This document shows, piece after piece, positions 1 through 11,933 of a stretch of 64,000 nt of DNA. How positions within the stretch are numbered: the stretch's first letter is position 1; each line of letters begins with the position of its first letter. The DNA comes from Fistulifera solaris (Eukaryota), in the NCBI GenBank assembly GCA_030295235.1, contig AP026131.1, forward strand, positions 868,001 through 932,000, read 5' to 3'. The position numbers and the translations under genes were made by a program. The notes beneath the pieces are model-generated. The model worked only from the letters and a program-made list of their open reading frames with translations. It made no database searches and was not told the origin of the DNA.

Positions 1-864
1 ATTCGCGAATGTCATTCGAACAAGCTTTGTGGGTCGATGCGATCCCTCTGTCTCTTTCATTGTTCTAAGCTTGGAAGACTTCGGGTGACGGGGTGGTGCG
101 TGAAAAAGAAAGTTGTTGGTCAAGCTGAGTTCGGTTCGATGCGGTAAATCACCCAACAAGCGATTCATGTAATTAGGAGAATTCCACCGTGCGACTGTTT
201 TCAAAACAGCTGGATCATTATCGACGATGAAAGGGAGACGGGCTTCTCGGTACGCGATAGCCTTGTAAGAATCACGCTGATAATCGAAAATGCAGAGAGA
301 ATTGTGATGTAAAAAGACCTGATTTCCATCGTTTTCAATGAAAGATGGCGGATCGATATCGTCTGCGGGCCATTTTTCTACTATCGCAGTAGTTTTCCAA
401 GTGAACGGATAGCCAATTGGAGGCTTATCAGGACAGTTGTAAGTGTCGTAATTTGCACCATCGTATGATTTGAAGTCTCTCTTGAACTTCCGTACGTCTT
501 TCAGTTCCTCCTCAAGCTTCGCTGAGTCTTCAAAGTACTCATCGATTTCTTTTCGCAGGAGCGCGTAGGTATTTGACCGATCACCTACATACTTAGAAGC
601 ATCCGGTATTTTGTGGCAGTGGGTCGTCATCCAGGTCCTCATTCGGAGAAAGAGAACTTGTGAGCGAATGCAAGGTGCGAAGACTTTTGTAGAGTCCGAG
701 TCCAGTTACCAAGAGTAATATCAGACTCGCTCCCGATGTATTGCGATATTTGATGACTTTGATAAATCGCGTTCTACGTCTCCGCTTATCGTTATCGTAG
801 ACCCCTCCCTTTGAGAAATTGAGAAATCGCTAGTTTCATATTGCGCGCCTACAAGTCGTTGCAT
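1..864 (-). CDS. 5' part of a membrane-anchored cupin-like/JmjC protein, paralog of 10443..11933; about 3 frameshifts; runs off the window start
   Basis: Manual minus-strand translation gives KIPDASKYVGDRSNTYALLRKEID, YDTYNCPDKPPIGYPFTWKT and HNSLCIFDYQRDSYKAIAYREARLPFIVDNDPAVLKTVARWNSPNYMNRLLGDLPHRTE. These align colinearly with RIPDSMSVVGDRSNHYVSLRKEVD, YDIYNCPQEPPPGYPLSWKT and HQSLCVFDYQKDYHKAETYRDQHLPFIVVNDP of the 496-aa ORF. Not in the ORF track; start codon tentative. Confidence 0.85.
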
Positions 865-1345
865 GATGAGCTGACTTGTTGTGCAGGCGGTCTATTGGTT
901 GTACGTTGAACCATGATTGTGGCGGTTTCAAATGATTTCAATGATCAGCTGAGATGAAGTGTTCGTGTTTTGTTCCATTTGAAAGATGAATGAGAACGCC
1001 GAACGCCGATGCCCGCGATGCCGAACATCGAATGACACTACTATTCACGTCATCGTCGCCTTAAATAACCAAAATTGTCTCTATGAAGTTCAAAAATACT
1101 TAGAGCGTTAAGGAGTGACACATAGACCAAATCATTTTAAGTATGCCTTTTTGGCTTCTATGCCCACAAGCCAACGGATATCGCTTCGAGCCGTTGACCA
1201 TCTGGTTGGACTTATCAGTTTTGAGTTTTGACGATCGTATCTTCCCACAGAAAACGTTCACTTTTTTGATCGATTTCGAACTGGAGACGGATTTCAGTTA
1301 TATTGATCATAAATCGACCAGGTCAACCTGCATTCAAGGTTTGCC

Positions 1346-2188
1346 ATGACTGAATCAACGAAAAATTGGAAGAAGATCCTCAGCAGCCCATGGCCTCTCA
1401 TCGGAACTTGGTGGGTCGCCGGCATTCTCTCCATCCTCATTCCGCTCTTTGTTTGGAGGAGTGAGAAGCAAACCTTCTATTCCACTTATGGACAGGCGAT
1501 TGAGTATGAAAACGAGCAACGTGCATATCAAGAGGCTCAAAATGCGAATCAGCAGAACCAGAACGACGATGGTCAAGAGTTGCAGAGCTGGAACTGCGGC
1601 TGGTGGCAGTTCCGATGCCGCAACAACCGTTACACTTACATGAAGGCCTACGGTGATAATGGCAATGGTGAACGCATGGGTATTTACACTCCTAACTGGT
1701 ATAATTACTTGGGCGGCAAGTACGATGATATTGCGAGCCGTGATCGTGAAGCCCTAGGTATGGATTCGTCGGTGGAAAACTCGGGAGCCCTCCGCTTTGT
1801 CTACACATGGTCAGTTCTCGTCTTCTTGGCAGTTTTGGCTTATGGAAGTTACGTTTTTTACAAGCGTCAACCTCTTATGACGTTGAATGTCATGATGGGG
1901 CTGGTTTGGCAGTACGCATTGCTTCTAATGATTGTGATGCCTCAAGGTATCATCAGTACCGAAGAAAGAGATTTGGAGCGCAATGTCTACGGATGGTACG
2001 GACAGATGGGCGTTCTTATGGTCTACTTCAGCTCGGCACAGTTGGTCTTCTGCCCATGTATGGTGTTCATGACCTGGATCAAGTTTATGCTTGAGAAACG
2101 ATTTGGTGAAGTCAAGAAAGACGAAGAAGACGATGCCATGAACTACCACCCTGCTGTCGACAAACCTTACGTTGGAGTCAGCCCGTAA
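1346..2188 (+). CDS. Uncharacterised multi-pass membrane protein with a Q/N-rich loop
   Basis: 280-aa ORF with about 4 hydrophobic segments and a QNANQQNQND / CGWWQFRC loop. Confidence 0.75.
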   Translation: MTESTKNWKKILSSPWPLIGTWWVAGILSILIPLFVWRSEKQTFYSTYGQAIEYENEQRAYQEAQNANQQNQNDDGQELQSWNCGWWQFRCRNNRYTYMKAYGDNGNGERMGIYTPNWYNYLGGKYDDIASRDREALGMDSSVENSGALRFVYTWSVLVFLAVLAYGSYVFYKRQPLMTLNVMMGLVWQYALLLMIVMPQGIISTEERDLERNVYGWYGQMGVLMVYFSSAQLVFCPCMVFMTWIKFMLEKRFGEVKKDEEDDAMNYHPAVDKPYVGVSP

Positions 2189-2393
2189 GAACGGCAAGAA
2201 AACGATGGTGAAATTAGCAATTGAATGCAGTTGTTGTAAAACTGGTATTTGATAAGTCCTAAATGAATGTATGCTATGTCTTTCAATGAACCGACGTGTC
2301 TCGTAAACATAAAATTGAATAAAGGTTTTTGTTGTCGATTCTCGGATCACTTTTTCCTGAAGCTAACTGACTAAAAAGCAAGCGCTCACTTTC

Positions 2394-4262
2394 TCACTTC
2401 CTAGCTTCATCTTTTCGGCTCATAGTCTCTAACATGGCCGCAAAGGCTGCTTCTTCGTAAAGTTTCGCCGCATCTTTCTGCTGGCCTTCGGGTTCTGGAA
2501 TACCCATCCAGACTTGGCCAAGCTGCTTAACGGCAGCTGCTCGTTGCTTTCTCGTTTCGGCGTCCACACTTTGATCGAAAAAGACCATTTTGCATGTTTC
2601 ATGAAGCGTCGCCGTAATGTCCACAACCGTGGTTGTCCACAAAATACGCAACATGATAGCATGGGCTTGCTCTTGCAAGGACTTTGCGATTTCCTCCTTT
2701 TCTTCATCCGTCTGGGCTGATTGCATCTTTCTCTCAGCTTCCATTTTCATGTGCATCATATCAAATCCAGCGCGAAGCTTTTCCATATCAGTATCCTGGG
2801 CAGCCTTTCGCTTTTCAAATGCTGCATTCTGACGGGCAGCCCATTCGCTAAGTTTGGGCAGTCCATGTCCATTTTCAATAGATCCTTCATTCATGGTACC
2901 GGCCAAGTTGTAAATCTGTACAGAATACGAAGTGTTCAATGAGACAAGGACTTTTGAGAAAATCCAACATTTGAGTCAAGTACTATACCTTTCCGATTGT
3001 GGTGACAAGCTGGTAACCATAGCTTGTTTTCGACAACTCAATGGCCTCGTTCTTCCACTCGTCTTCAATGACTTCAGTACTGCCTCCAACTTTGCGACTC
3101 TCAACCCACCTTTCTACGCGAGTAGCCAGCTTGAGAGCAAGACGAACCACACGACGCTTCTGTAATTTCCGCGCTGTTGTGATGCTAATTTTCTGGGTGT
3201 CACCCACGGAGGCTGACGTCGCTGTTGCGAAGCGCCCAGTAAAATCATGAAATTTGTCAGAACCAAATAAGAACGCATACAAAAGAGCAGGATCCATGTT
3301 GGACGCATCAGCGCCAGCCAAATCGGTTTTGTCGGCGCTCAGTCCTTGTTTGCCCACCTTGTCGTACCGTTCTCTCAATGTTTCGTCACTGAGAACTTGA
3401 TACGCTTCAGCAACTTCTTTGAATTTGTCCGCCGCCTCCTTATCATCCGTTCCGACTTTGTCGGGATGGTATTTTCGGGCTAGCAAATAGTATTGACGTT
3501 TGATGGCCGACGGCGTTGCGTCGACGGGCACCTCGAGAGCATCATAATAACTCATGTCCTTCACTTGACCTTCGTTCTTTCCTTCACGAATACTGGCATC
3601 AAGTTCTTTCTGGAACATTTCCAAAATATCACTATCATCGTCAGGGACACCTTTCAATGTAGAGGCTTCTTCGGCGGGAAGATCTGTCAAAACCCACTTT
3701 CCTTCGTGTTCATTCCACCACTTCCCTTGACGAGGCGCCACGATACTTTCCGGAGTAGCAATAATACCCCGGGCGACCTGCGAAACTGCTGACACCGCTC
3801 CTTTTGAAAAGAGATAAGCAAATATTGGAAGAGGATCACAGCCGGTTAAAACGAAACGCACCTCCAATCGCCATGGCCGCCGCACCAACCGCGCCTACTA
3901 GGGCGCCTCCCGTCACACCGATGATTCCTCCTAATATCCGCAATGTACACCGGCAGATTGTATATATTCATAGCCGTTTTAAATACCAGGCGGCGTTAGT
4001 GGGCCGATAAGAAAGCGTAATGAATATTTGTAACGTCTCTCCACTTACCTAACAAGCCTCCTTGTCGTAAACCGACCGCCAATCCCATGGTGGGAGCTAG
4101 TACTGCGATACCGGCGGCACCGACAGCGCCTGTCACGATATTCGAGGCGCCGGAGACGACACCTTCTTTCAAACCTTTCGGTTGTCGTGCTTGCAAGATG
4201 GCCGCGAGTTGCTCGGCGGCCTGTTCGCGCTCGCGTTTGAGTTCTTCGGGGCTCTTGTTCAT
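2394..4262 (-). CDS. DnaJ-domain protein with DnaJ-X domain (Caj1/Djp1-like), 4 exons
   Basis: J-domain YYDALEV...IKRQYYLLARKYHPDK...FKEVAEAYQVLSD with HPD motif. C-terminal VDITATLHETCKMVFFD...RKQRAAAVKQLG is typical of the X-domain. Exons ~4262-4049, 3930-3862, 3800-2989 and 2915-2394 join in frame across GT..AG introns. Confidence 0.9.
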
Positions 4263-4679
4263 GGTTGTCGTTCGCACTAAGTAAAAAAAGCGAGTGTGTT
4301 TGCCTTTGTGCTTGTTGCGAATCTTTTTATGAAGGAGTCGGTCGGACGAACTGCGGCATCGTCGCAAGAAAGAACCTCGCAGTCTTTTGGCGCGAGATTT
4401 TCCATCGTTTTTGGGTTCGGGTTGAACCTACTATCTCGCGCTACAGTAATGTAGGAGTGACATCACATAACGACTTAAATACACTGCAGTCCCGGACACA
4501 GCTGAACATTCTTTTTATGTCAAATCGACAATCGCCTTTGCCGAAAACTAACCATCGTTCAAAGAAGAGACTATTTCAATGGGTGCTTTTGTTGCTTGTG
4601 CTATTGATGAATGAGTCATTATACCTGGTAACTGACGTCGTGGGACATGCTCCAACACGTTGTCTACAGCATACATATA

Positions 4680-5345
4680 GGGGGCAATCCGCAGAAACTA
4701 ACTCACGGTACTCACAATCCGCAGAAACTAACCGAACATAATACTGCAACTAAAAGCATAGTAAGTTTTCGGCAACTTTTTAAAACATAGTCATAAAGCG
4801 CCAACTTTTTATTACTTTGCACTATGTAGTAGTCTCGAGGAAGGGTTTCAACTACGGCAGTTGCTGTTGCTTCTCTAGCTAGAGAGGTCAATATGCGTCC
4901 GCTTATACGCCATCTCCTCAACCACACGGCGACTTCTTGACTTATGGCAAACTTTACATGTTTATTTGCATCTCGCATAAAAGTTTGCCGTGTCGGTGCC
5001 TTTAAAAATCGTACCTGGTAAAGCGACGTTCTTAAAAACAAAGGGATTGACGAAAAGTTAGGATGTGGAGTCGCTTTTTCTGCGAGTATTTTATAAAGGA
5101 TATAAAACTACCTCAAAGATTAGTATCCACGCTCAACTTTTCCGTTTGGATCTGTGTATAGTGTCAAACTCTTGAGTTACAGTCGCGAAAAATTGGTCCT
5201 TTAGACTGCTTGCCGTCTTTACGTGATAAAGCAAAACGCGATATAGTGGCTATCAGTAGGTGAAAAACTACTGTACCCTTTTCTAGTAGCGTGGTTAGTT
5301 TCTGCGGATTGTGAGTACCGTGAGTTAGTTTCTGCGGATTGCCCC
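4680..5345. mobile_element. Non-autonomous TIR element (MITE), ~666 bp, 53-bp TIRs, flanked by TA
   Basis: GGGGCAATCCGCAGAAACTAACTCACGGTACTCACAATCCGCAGAAACTAACC at 4681-4733 is the exact reverse complement of 5293-5345. TA lies at 4678-4679 and 5346-5347. The interior is AT-rich with no convincing ORF. Confidence 0.9.
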
Positions 5346-5744
5346 TACAGATAGTGTACGTTCGACACCACATGACTCACGTGTCACGGATACGCTACAG
5401 CGCAGCTACCAACTAGGTCTACCGGTACGTAGTACGATGTAAATTCCTATAAAGACGGGCCGAGCTTCGAAACGTCTATTTTATTAAGAAATTTGCCAAT
5501 ATTTGAATTGAAAAGAACAGATCCGTTAATGCGGGGTAAAAATAGTTGAAACACTAAAACCGCAACATCGATTCTACAGCTCGAAATCAAGTAATCGAAA
5601 GCTCCTTGTAAATTCGTGTTGCAAGTCGACAGCTCTACACTCTCTTTCGCAATAGAAATAGAAAATAAACATTGATGGCTCATTACACAGTTTCAAAAGT
5701 AATCTGCTAACGAGCAAAGAAGCAATCGCGACGTGAAGGTTCGT

Positions 5745-6287
5745 TCAAGCCTTCACCTTTTTCTTTTGAGGCAGCGAAGATTGGGGCTCTTCATGTCGTT
5801 CTCGAAAGACTTTTCCTCGTTTGCGCTCGCTCTTCTCTTTCGTTAGATCTTCCATCATTTCTTGCACTCCCCGCACCCGAATTTCTTCCTCTTCACTGAG
5901 AACAACCCCATCTTTGACTTTTTTAGCCAATTCCTCCGGTAGAGTATCGTATCCCCTCTCCTTTCCCTCCTCATATGAGATGAATTCATCTTGTTCGACA
6001 AAGGAATACAGCGTCTCGACGTCGTCGTGTCCGTAGTGATATACCAAGTGCGCCAGATTGGCGAGTTTCTTTTTCTTCTTGGCGTCCCCGAACAAATTGT
6101 ACCAGTAAATGTCGCGTACTGGTTTGGGAGGTACATCGAAGGGGTTGACAATCAATATCGGAACAATCTCGTCTTCATCGAATTCACTGGGGCAAAACCC
6201 AATCACCCCGAACATGTCTTTCACGTTGTCGGGTAGTTCGCTCAGTGTCTTTTCTCGTTCCTTTTCGAACCTATCTTGCTCCGTCAT
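5745..6287 (-). CDS. Uncharacterised protein, possibly a divergent PWWP-like domain
   Basis: Clean ORF from MTEQDRF; PILIVNPFDVPP...HLVYHYG motif and a basic C-terminal tail (KKKVKA). Domain call is tentative. Confidence 0.7.
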   Translation of the reverse strand: MTEQDRFEKEREKTLSELPDNVKDMFGVIGFCPSEFDEDEIVPILIVNPFDVPPKPVRDIYWYNLFGDAKKKKKLANLAHLVYHYGHDDVETLYSFVEQDEFISYEEGKERGYDTLPEELAKKVKDGVVLSEEEEIRVRGVQEMMEDLTKEKSERKRGKVFRERHEEPQSSLPQKKKVKA

Positions 6288-6678
6288 GATCGCCGTTAGT
6301 GTGCAGATGAAATGCACTTGTAGTCAAGCCAAAAAGCCAGAAGTAACGCTTGCAGTTGGCTATTAAAAAGTTTATGTTAGATGTCCATGTCACCCATGAA
6401 ACAAAAATGCAGAGAGCAGAGAGCGCGAGGCTCGTTTTTTGTTTTTGCCGGCGGTATCTTCCTTCCGTTACAGTTAGTCTCAGTGTGAGGTGCGCAGCCC
6501 TTAAACAAGGAGTCACGGTGCGCCAGCCAGCTTCGATAGCGCGGCGGGGGCGCGCTTTTTGCCGCCGCGCGACGAAGATCGCTCGGAAAACATCCGCGGT
6601 GACATGCAATTGAAACATCCTTTTTCATTCACAAAATCAAGAGATCAAACGAATTCACCTTCTTGAAATACGAGGAGT

Positions 6679-7080
6679 ATGTTCAATCTCGTCAAATCGC
6701 TCACGACGGCCGCTTTCGTAACTTTGAGCAGTCATCCTTTCGGCTCCTACTATTCAACATCACGTCTATTTCGAACCACCACAATCATGTCCGCTCTTCC
6801 CGACAAAATTACCGTCCTCGAATATGCCTACGTCCCGGATGTTCTAGAAAAGCGCGGACCCTATCGTGCCGAGCATTTGGAACTAGCACAGTCGCTGATT
6901 GCGCAAGATCGCTGTCTCGCCGGTGGGCCGTTCACAGACGGCGGCAGTCCACTTGGTGCTTACTTTTGGTTCACCTCGGACGAAGCAGCGCGGGAATTTG
7001 TCGCCAAAGATCCCTACGTGGCCAATGGAATTGTGACGGGACACAAAATTTACGAATGGAGTGTTGTCGTGCAAAAGTAA
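6679..7080 (+). CDS. YciI (YCII-related) domain protein with N-terminal targeting extension
   Basis: LEYAYVPDVLEKRGPYRAEHL...AGGPF...GA...AAREFVAKDPYVANGIV...IYEW is the YciI signature. Confidence 0.9.
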   Translation: MFNLVKSLTTAAFVTLSSHPFGSYYSTSRLFRTTTIMSALPDKITVLEYAYVPDVLEKRGPYRAEHLELAQSLIAQDRCLAGGPFTDGGSPLGAYFWFTSDEAAREFVAKDPYVANGIVTGHKIYEWSVVVQK

Positions 7081-7254
7081 TGCTGTCGAAAGAAAAGTTG
7101 ACGAAAAGTGACACATGTTCTTTGTGGAATTCTCTGTAGCTAAAGAGGATTGCTGAAAATTCATTGACAAGCAGCCGGGCTTAACGTTTGTAGTTAACAT
7201 GAATTCAAGTTTCTCTACTTGGACTTTCTGAAGCAGGTAGAGCGCAATAGTTGT

Positions 7255-7836
7255 GAGTCCAGAAATTCTGGACCAGTTATTTCGATCCTACCGAGATGCT
7301 ATGCACGTTCTAAAAAGTCCGATCACGGTACTTTGGATCATAACAAAAGCGAATGCACGTTCCAGAACATCTTGAAACTGTGTTTTGATTATACCAGTAA
7401 CGAAAGAAAGTGGGAGTTCTAGAAATTCTGGAAACATAATATTTCTGGTCATACAGAAATTCTGTTGTTGTCCAGAAATTCTGGACCAGTTTTTTCGATC
7501 CTATTGAGATGCTGCACACGTTCTGAAAAGTCCGATCACGGTACTTTGGATCATAACAAACGCGAATGCACGTTCCAGAACATCTTGAAACTGTGTTTTG
7601 ATCAAACCAGTAACGAAAGAAAGTGGGAGTTCCAGAAATTCTGGAAACATAATATATCTGATCATACAGAAATTCTGGACCAGTTTTGTCGATCCTACCA
7701 AAATGCTGCGCACGTTCCAGAAACCCTGTAGACGGTGTTTATAAGATCCTACCGAAATGATGTGCACGTTCCAGATCTTTGGAAACTGTGTTTATGTCGG
7801 TTCATACAGAAATTGTGTTGAGTTTGAGAAATTCTA
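7255..7836. repeat. Palindrome-core tandem array, family 1, copy A (~213-bp unit, about 2.7 units)
   Basis: Units start GTCCAGAAATTCTGGACCAG at ~7257 and ~7470 and are near-identical. CAGAAATTCTG cores recur within units. Confidence 0.9.
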
Positions 7837-8144
7837 AACCTCCACAACTAACTCGTGAAGTGATACATTGCATTCAGTGCCTACCAGGGCATTATTATAA
7901 AGAGTGGCAATATATTGTTGTTTTGTAGTTGTGACTAGATTTGAAACGACTGACTACTTGTATTCATTCGAAGTTTGATTGAGGATTTTTTTTTGCGTCG
8001 TTTTCTGACTCGTAACTGAAATTCAATCATGTAAAAAGTAATCTACACTTTGAAGTATAGTGGTTCTAAAGAGATGCAAGCGATGAAAAGTGAAACGAAC
8101 GTTTTGGTATTACATCTTCAATACTTCTTGCGTTAGCATTTAGC

Positions 8145-10195
8145 ATGCTGTCATATCGATGCATTGCTTGTATTTTCTTCCTTTCTGTCACGCGTAGCCA
8201 ATCGCTATCGAATGGTAAAGCAGAAGTAATCGGTGCCGCCGGTCGCATCGGATCGCAATTCCTGCGTCTGGAAGAAGAGTCTCAGGCGATTCCACGAGGA
8301 GTGTGCCCCGGAAGTTGTTCCGCCGCTGGTTTTCCCATCTATATTGCGACACCTTCTAACTGTTGGAATGAATTGTATCAATTGACACCTCCGCATCGGC
8401 GGTCGGATTTAGTCTTTGTCGGCAACGGCTTACCACCCAAAATCGATGATCTCAATGATTTGACACTGGTCGTTCCTCATTATGGCATCTCGCGACCCGG
8501 AGAGAAACCTATTCCACAATGCGACGAGAATCGTATGCTTCCTACTTACTGCTACGGAAGACACGCGCCCCGTGTGCAAAAATTGTTGCAACGCGACAGT
8601 ATTTCTGTCGAGATTGTCGATCAATATAGCGATATTCGAAAGATCGCCAAACGAAAATTGCTGTGGGCGACGTGTATGTGGCTGCTCTGTCATGACAATA
8701 CAACACCTATATCTGTGTCGCAAGTGCATGAAAGGCGTGCTTTGGACTTGCAACAACTAGTCCAAGAGTTGTGGATGCATGCATTGAGTGATGATGCGGA
8801 TGCGGGTGCTGAATTGACAACTACACTAGCCTACTTAAAAAAGTACTCTTTTTCTATCGCGAAAGCGATTCCCAGTAAATCATTGGCTCTGGAGGAAGTA
8901 GAAGACCGGAATGGCTACTTTTGGAGACGCAATTTACAGCCACTTCATGACCAGCTTTTGAAACGAGTGGGCGGAGATCAGATACTTGATCGGGTTCAAA
9001 ACTCCTTTACAGAAGGTCCAGCTGAACCGCATTCGTTTTTGCATACGATACCCATACCGCATTTGAATATGACAGTATATGGCACTCGTCAAAGCGGAAC
9101 TCAATCACCCCATACGGTTCTCATCATCGGTTCAGGTATTATGGGGCGTTCGATAGCTCTTAATCTCCAACGACGAGGCATTCGGAAAATCATCATGGTC
9201 GACCCCAGTCTACCAGAGATCACCCAAACCACCAAAGGTTCTTGGGCCTGGATTAATGCAAACCAAAAGCAGCCAGATCATTATCGTTGTATCAATCAGC
9301 TGGGAATGATGGCTTGGCGAAGAGATAGTGCTCTGTCTGACTTAGTAGAATGGAAAGGAAGTGTGGTGAAGGTTTCGTCTCCGCTAGACCCGCAATTCCT
9401 TCACGGCTATGGCGCAGAAGGACCTTTGTCGATTGATGTGCTGCAGCAACTAGAGCCTTCCGGAAATTTCTCCTCGCCTGGTTGCTACTACTATCATTTT
9501 CGAGACGAAGGAAGTGTGGACCCCTCAGTCGCGTGCATTGCTTTGCAAAAGGCGATGCATCAATCAGAGATCAGCTATGTCAGCGAAACGGTTGTCGAGT
9601 ATTGGAGGGACACAGAGGGGAAAGTTATCGGAGTCGTGATGGAGAATGGAACGAAGGTCAGTGCGGACGTTGTAGTTGTTGCAGCAGGGACAGGGAGTTC
9701 GACACTGGCAAAGATTCCTATGCAGCACAGTCCAGGGAGGATTGCCTTTGCCAGCAGTGCTGGTAAAGCACTTCGTAAGATAATTGTCGACACCGTGGCC
9801 GAGTCCCATGTCCTTCAGCGCCGAGACGGGACCATCGTTGCTGGGGGCGGGTATTTACAGGTGGGAGGATCGTCGGGTCGTCCCGATCCAAAGTGGTTTT
9901 CGAAGGATGCTAGTTCCATTGCAGACGCACTCTTTGAAGCTGCCGAACAACTTACGCCTGGGACTCTTCCGAACACCAATCTGTGGAAGAAGCCAATCGA
10001 CCGATTCCTCAGGACGGCTTACCGGTTACGGGATGGGTGGAGCCGGGACTCTATGTTGCGGTCACTCATTCCGGTATTACGCTAGCACCATTCTTGTCCG
10101 CGTTAGTTGCTATCGAAATAACGGACGGTGCGGAGTTGGCTATTTTGAAGCCATATCGGGCTTTGCGTTTCCAGCTGAAAGAATCGACCAAGTAA
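8145..10195 (+). CDS. Fusion of an N-terminal Rossmann (ketopantoate-reductase-like) domain and a C-terminal FAD-dependent oxidoreductase (DAO family); frameshift near 9980
   Basis: VIGAAGRIG near the N-terminus, then VLIIGSGIMG...TTKGSWAWIN and ADVVVVAAG. The C-terminus RPIPQDGLPVTGW..PGLYVAVTHSGITLAP is in the 9983..10195 frame. Confidence 0.85.
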
Positions 10196-10442
10196 ATACG
10201 TCTTACGTTTGCGGACTGCGCTGCTATTTGTCGAATGAGGATCAAGGGCACGCGGACCTGTAGGCTGATGCGCAGAATCGTGCTCGCTCGAGCTGCGCAA
10301 ACGCCGCTTCCACATGCTTTGTGCAGCTGCAAGGCTAGGATTCCCCGTGCTGCCGACCCTTGCTACGAAGCGATGCTATCTACAAGCAGTAGAGAATATT
10401 ATTATAGTGTAAATATGAATAAATTAACAAAGAAAGTGTTAG

Positions 10443-11933
10443 CTAGAAGCCACAATCCCGCACAAAATTCATCATTTCCGATTCAATCCCGGATCTGGTA
10501 TTGCATTGCATATTAATTTCCAAACTAACAATGTAATGAAACCAGTTGGTCGGCAAGTACAAGACTTGACCCGGTTGCAATACCACTTCACTGGATCGAG
10601 CTTCTTGGAATTGCGGGAATTCCTCGAGATTCGGATTTGACCAATCAATCGCCGAGTGACGTGCCGAAGGATGACCCTTCGGATACAAGGCCAGATTCGT
10701 ACACTGATCGGGATGACTGAGAATATACCGCCGGCTTCCACTAAACAACGCAATTGCATTTCGACTCCCATCGAAATGATTTTCCGCAATCACACCCGGC
10801 ATACCGAATCGGCAATGAATTCCTTTCTGTTCTCCGGGCTCGACGACGTAGAGACTCTTTTTCGGTTGAAAGAAGGGTAATTCATCAAACAGCGCCTCCG
10901 TCGCACCACGATCACACGATCCGTCATTGCCCATGGCACCACAACCAATGAGTCGAAAGTACCAATGCGGATCGTCGCGATCGTGACGGGGGGTTTGGGC
11001 GTGATCGTACCATTCGGGATACGACATGCGCATCATTTTGGTGGGTGGTTCCCATCCTGCGGGGATGTTGGCGTTTTTCTTGTGACGACTGCCTCGTCCG
11101 GGTGGAACATAGTACATGAAGTGATTGTTGGCACTGAATTCCGTGCGATGGGGTTCGTCGCCCAACATGCGCGCCATGTAATCCGGTAACGACCATCGCG
11201 CCGTGACTTTTTCGACTTCGGGGTCGTTGACGACAATGAATGGCAAGTGCTGATCGCGATACGTTTCCGCCTTGTGATAATCTTTTTGATAATCAAAGAC
11301 ACAGAGTGACTGATGAATGAGTGCATTGTTGTGTTCATCGAGAGGCGGTACCGTGTTATCGGTCGGCCAGGCGGTGACAATGTCCATGGTTTTCCACGAC
11401 AGTGGATATCCCGGTGGTGGTTCTTGGGGGCAGTTGTAGATATCGTACGAAACTTGATCCGAATTGGTCATTTCCATGGGTTTTGCGACGTAATTAAGTT
11501 GTCCTTTCCGCAAATCGGCCAACAAATCATCGACTTGTTGATCGACGAGCGGGTCGACTTCTTTCCGTAACGACACGTAATGATTCGAGCGGTCTCCTAC
11601 TACTGACATTGAATCGGGGATGCGATAAATGCGATTCCACGGCAACGGGTCTAAATCTAATTCAGCCCCTTCCTCGGTGTGAAAGGCAACATTCTTCTTG
11701 GGCGGAGTATCATTTGTTGTTGCGTCATCAAAGATGTAATTCCATACGTATGACAGCCCCATCAGCACAGCCAAGACAATAGCGAAAGAACCGACGAATA
11801 CTAGAACTGTATTGACGAGCGCCTTCCAGTCGTTTTCAGGGCGCGATCGTTTGCGACGACGTCCGGTTACGGAGGAAGTCGTAGTCGCCGGTGCGGTAGT
11901 GTCCGCAGAGGTGTGAATGCGTCGATGCATCAT
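10443..11933 (-). CDS. Type II membrane cupin-like/JmjC (Cupin_8-type) Fe/2-oxoglutarate oxygenase
   Basis: N-terminal TM helix; AENHFDGSRN (HxD) and VLQPGQVLYLPTNWFHYI (distal His) JmjC motifs. Confidence 0.9.
   Translation of the reverse strand: MMHRRIHTSADTTAPATTTSSVTGRRRKRSRPENDWKALVNTVLVFVGSFAIVLAVLMGLSYVWNYIFDDATTNDTPPKKNVAFHTEEGAELDLDPLPWNRIYRIPDSMSVVGDRSNHYVSLRKEVDPLVDQQVDDLLADLRKGQLNYVAKPMEMTNSDQVSYDIYNCPQEPPPGYPLSWKTMDIVTAWPTDNTVPPLDEHNNALIHQSLCVFDYQKDYHKAETYRDQHLPFIVVNDPEVEKVTARWSLPDYMARMLGDEPHRTEFSANNHFMYYVPPGRGSRHKKNANIPAGWEPPTKMMRMSYPEWYDHAQTPRHDRDDPHWYFRLIGCGAMGNDGSCDRGATEALFDELPFFQPKKSLYVVEPGEQKGIHCRFGMPGVIAENHFDGSRNAIALFSGSRRYILSHPDQCTNLALYPKGHPSARHSAIDWSNPNLEEFPQFQEARSSEVVLQPGQVLYLPTNWFHYIVSLEINMQCNTRSGIESEMMNFVRDCGF

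Noticed and set aside
4712..5373. Transposase remnant inside the 53-bp-TIR element
   Set aside because: The short ORFs show no DDE or HTH motifs I can recognise.
7219..7767. Short ORFs over family 1 arrays (also 27128-27649, 46464-47304, 62677-63029) sharing SRNSG/PEIL peptides
   Set aside because: The peptides are translations of the palindromic DNA core and appear on both strands; no coding signal.
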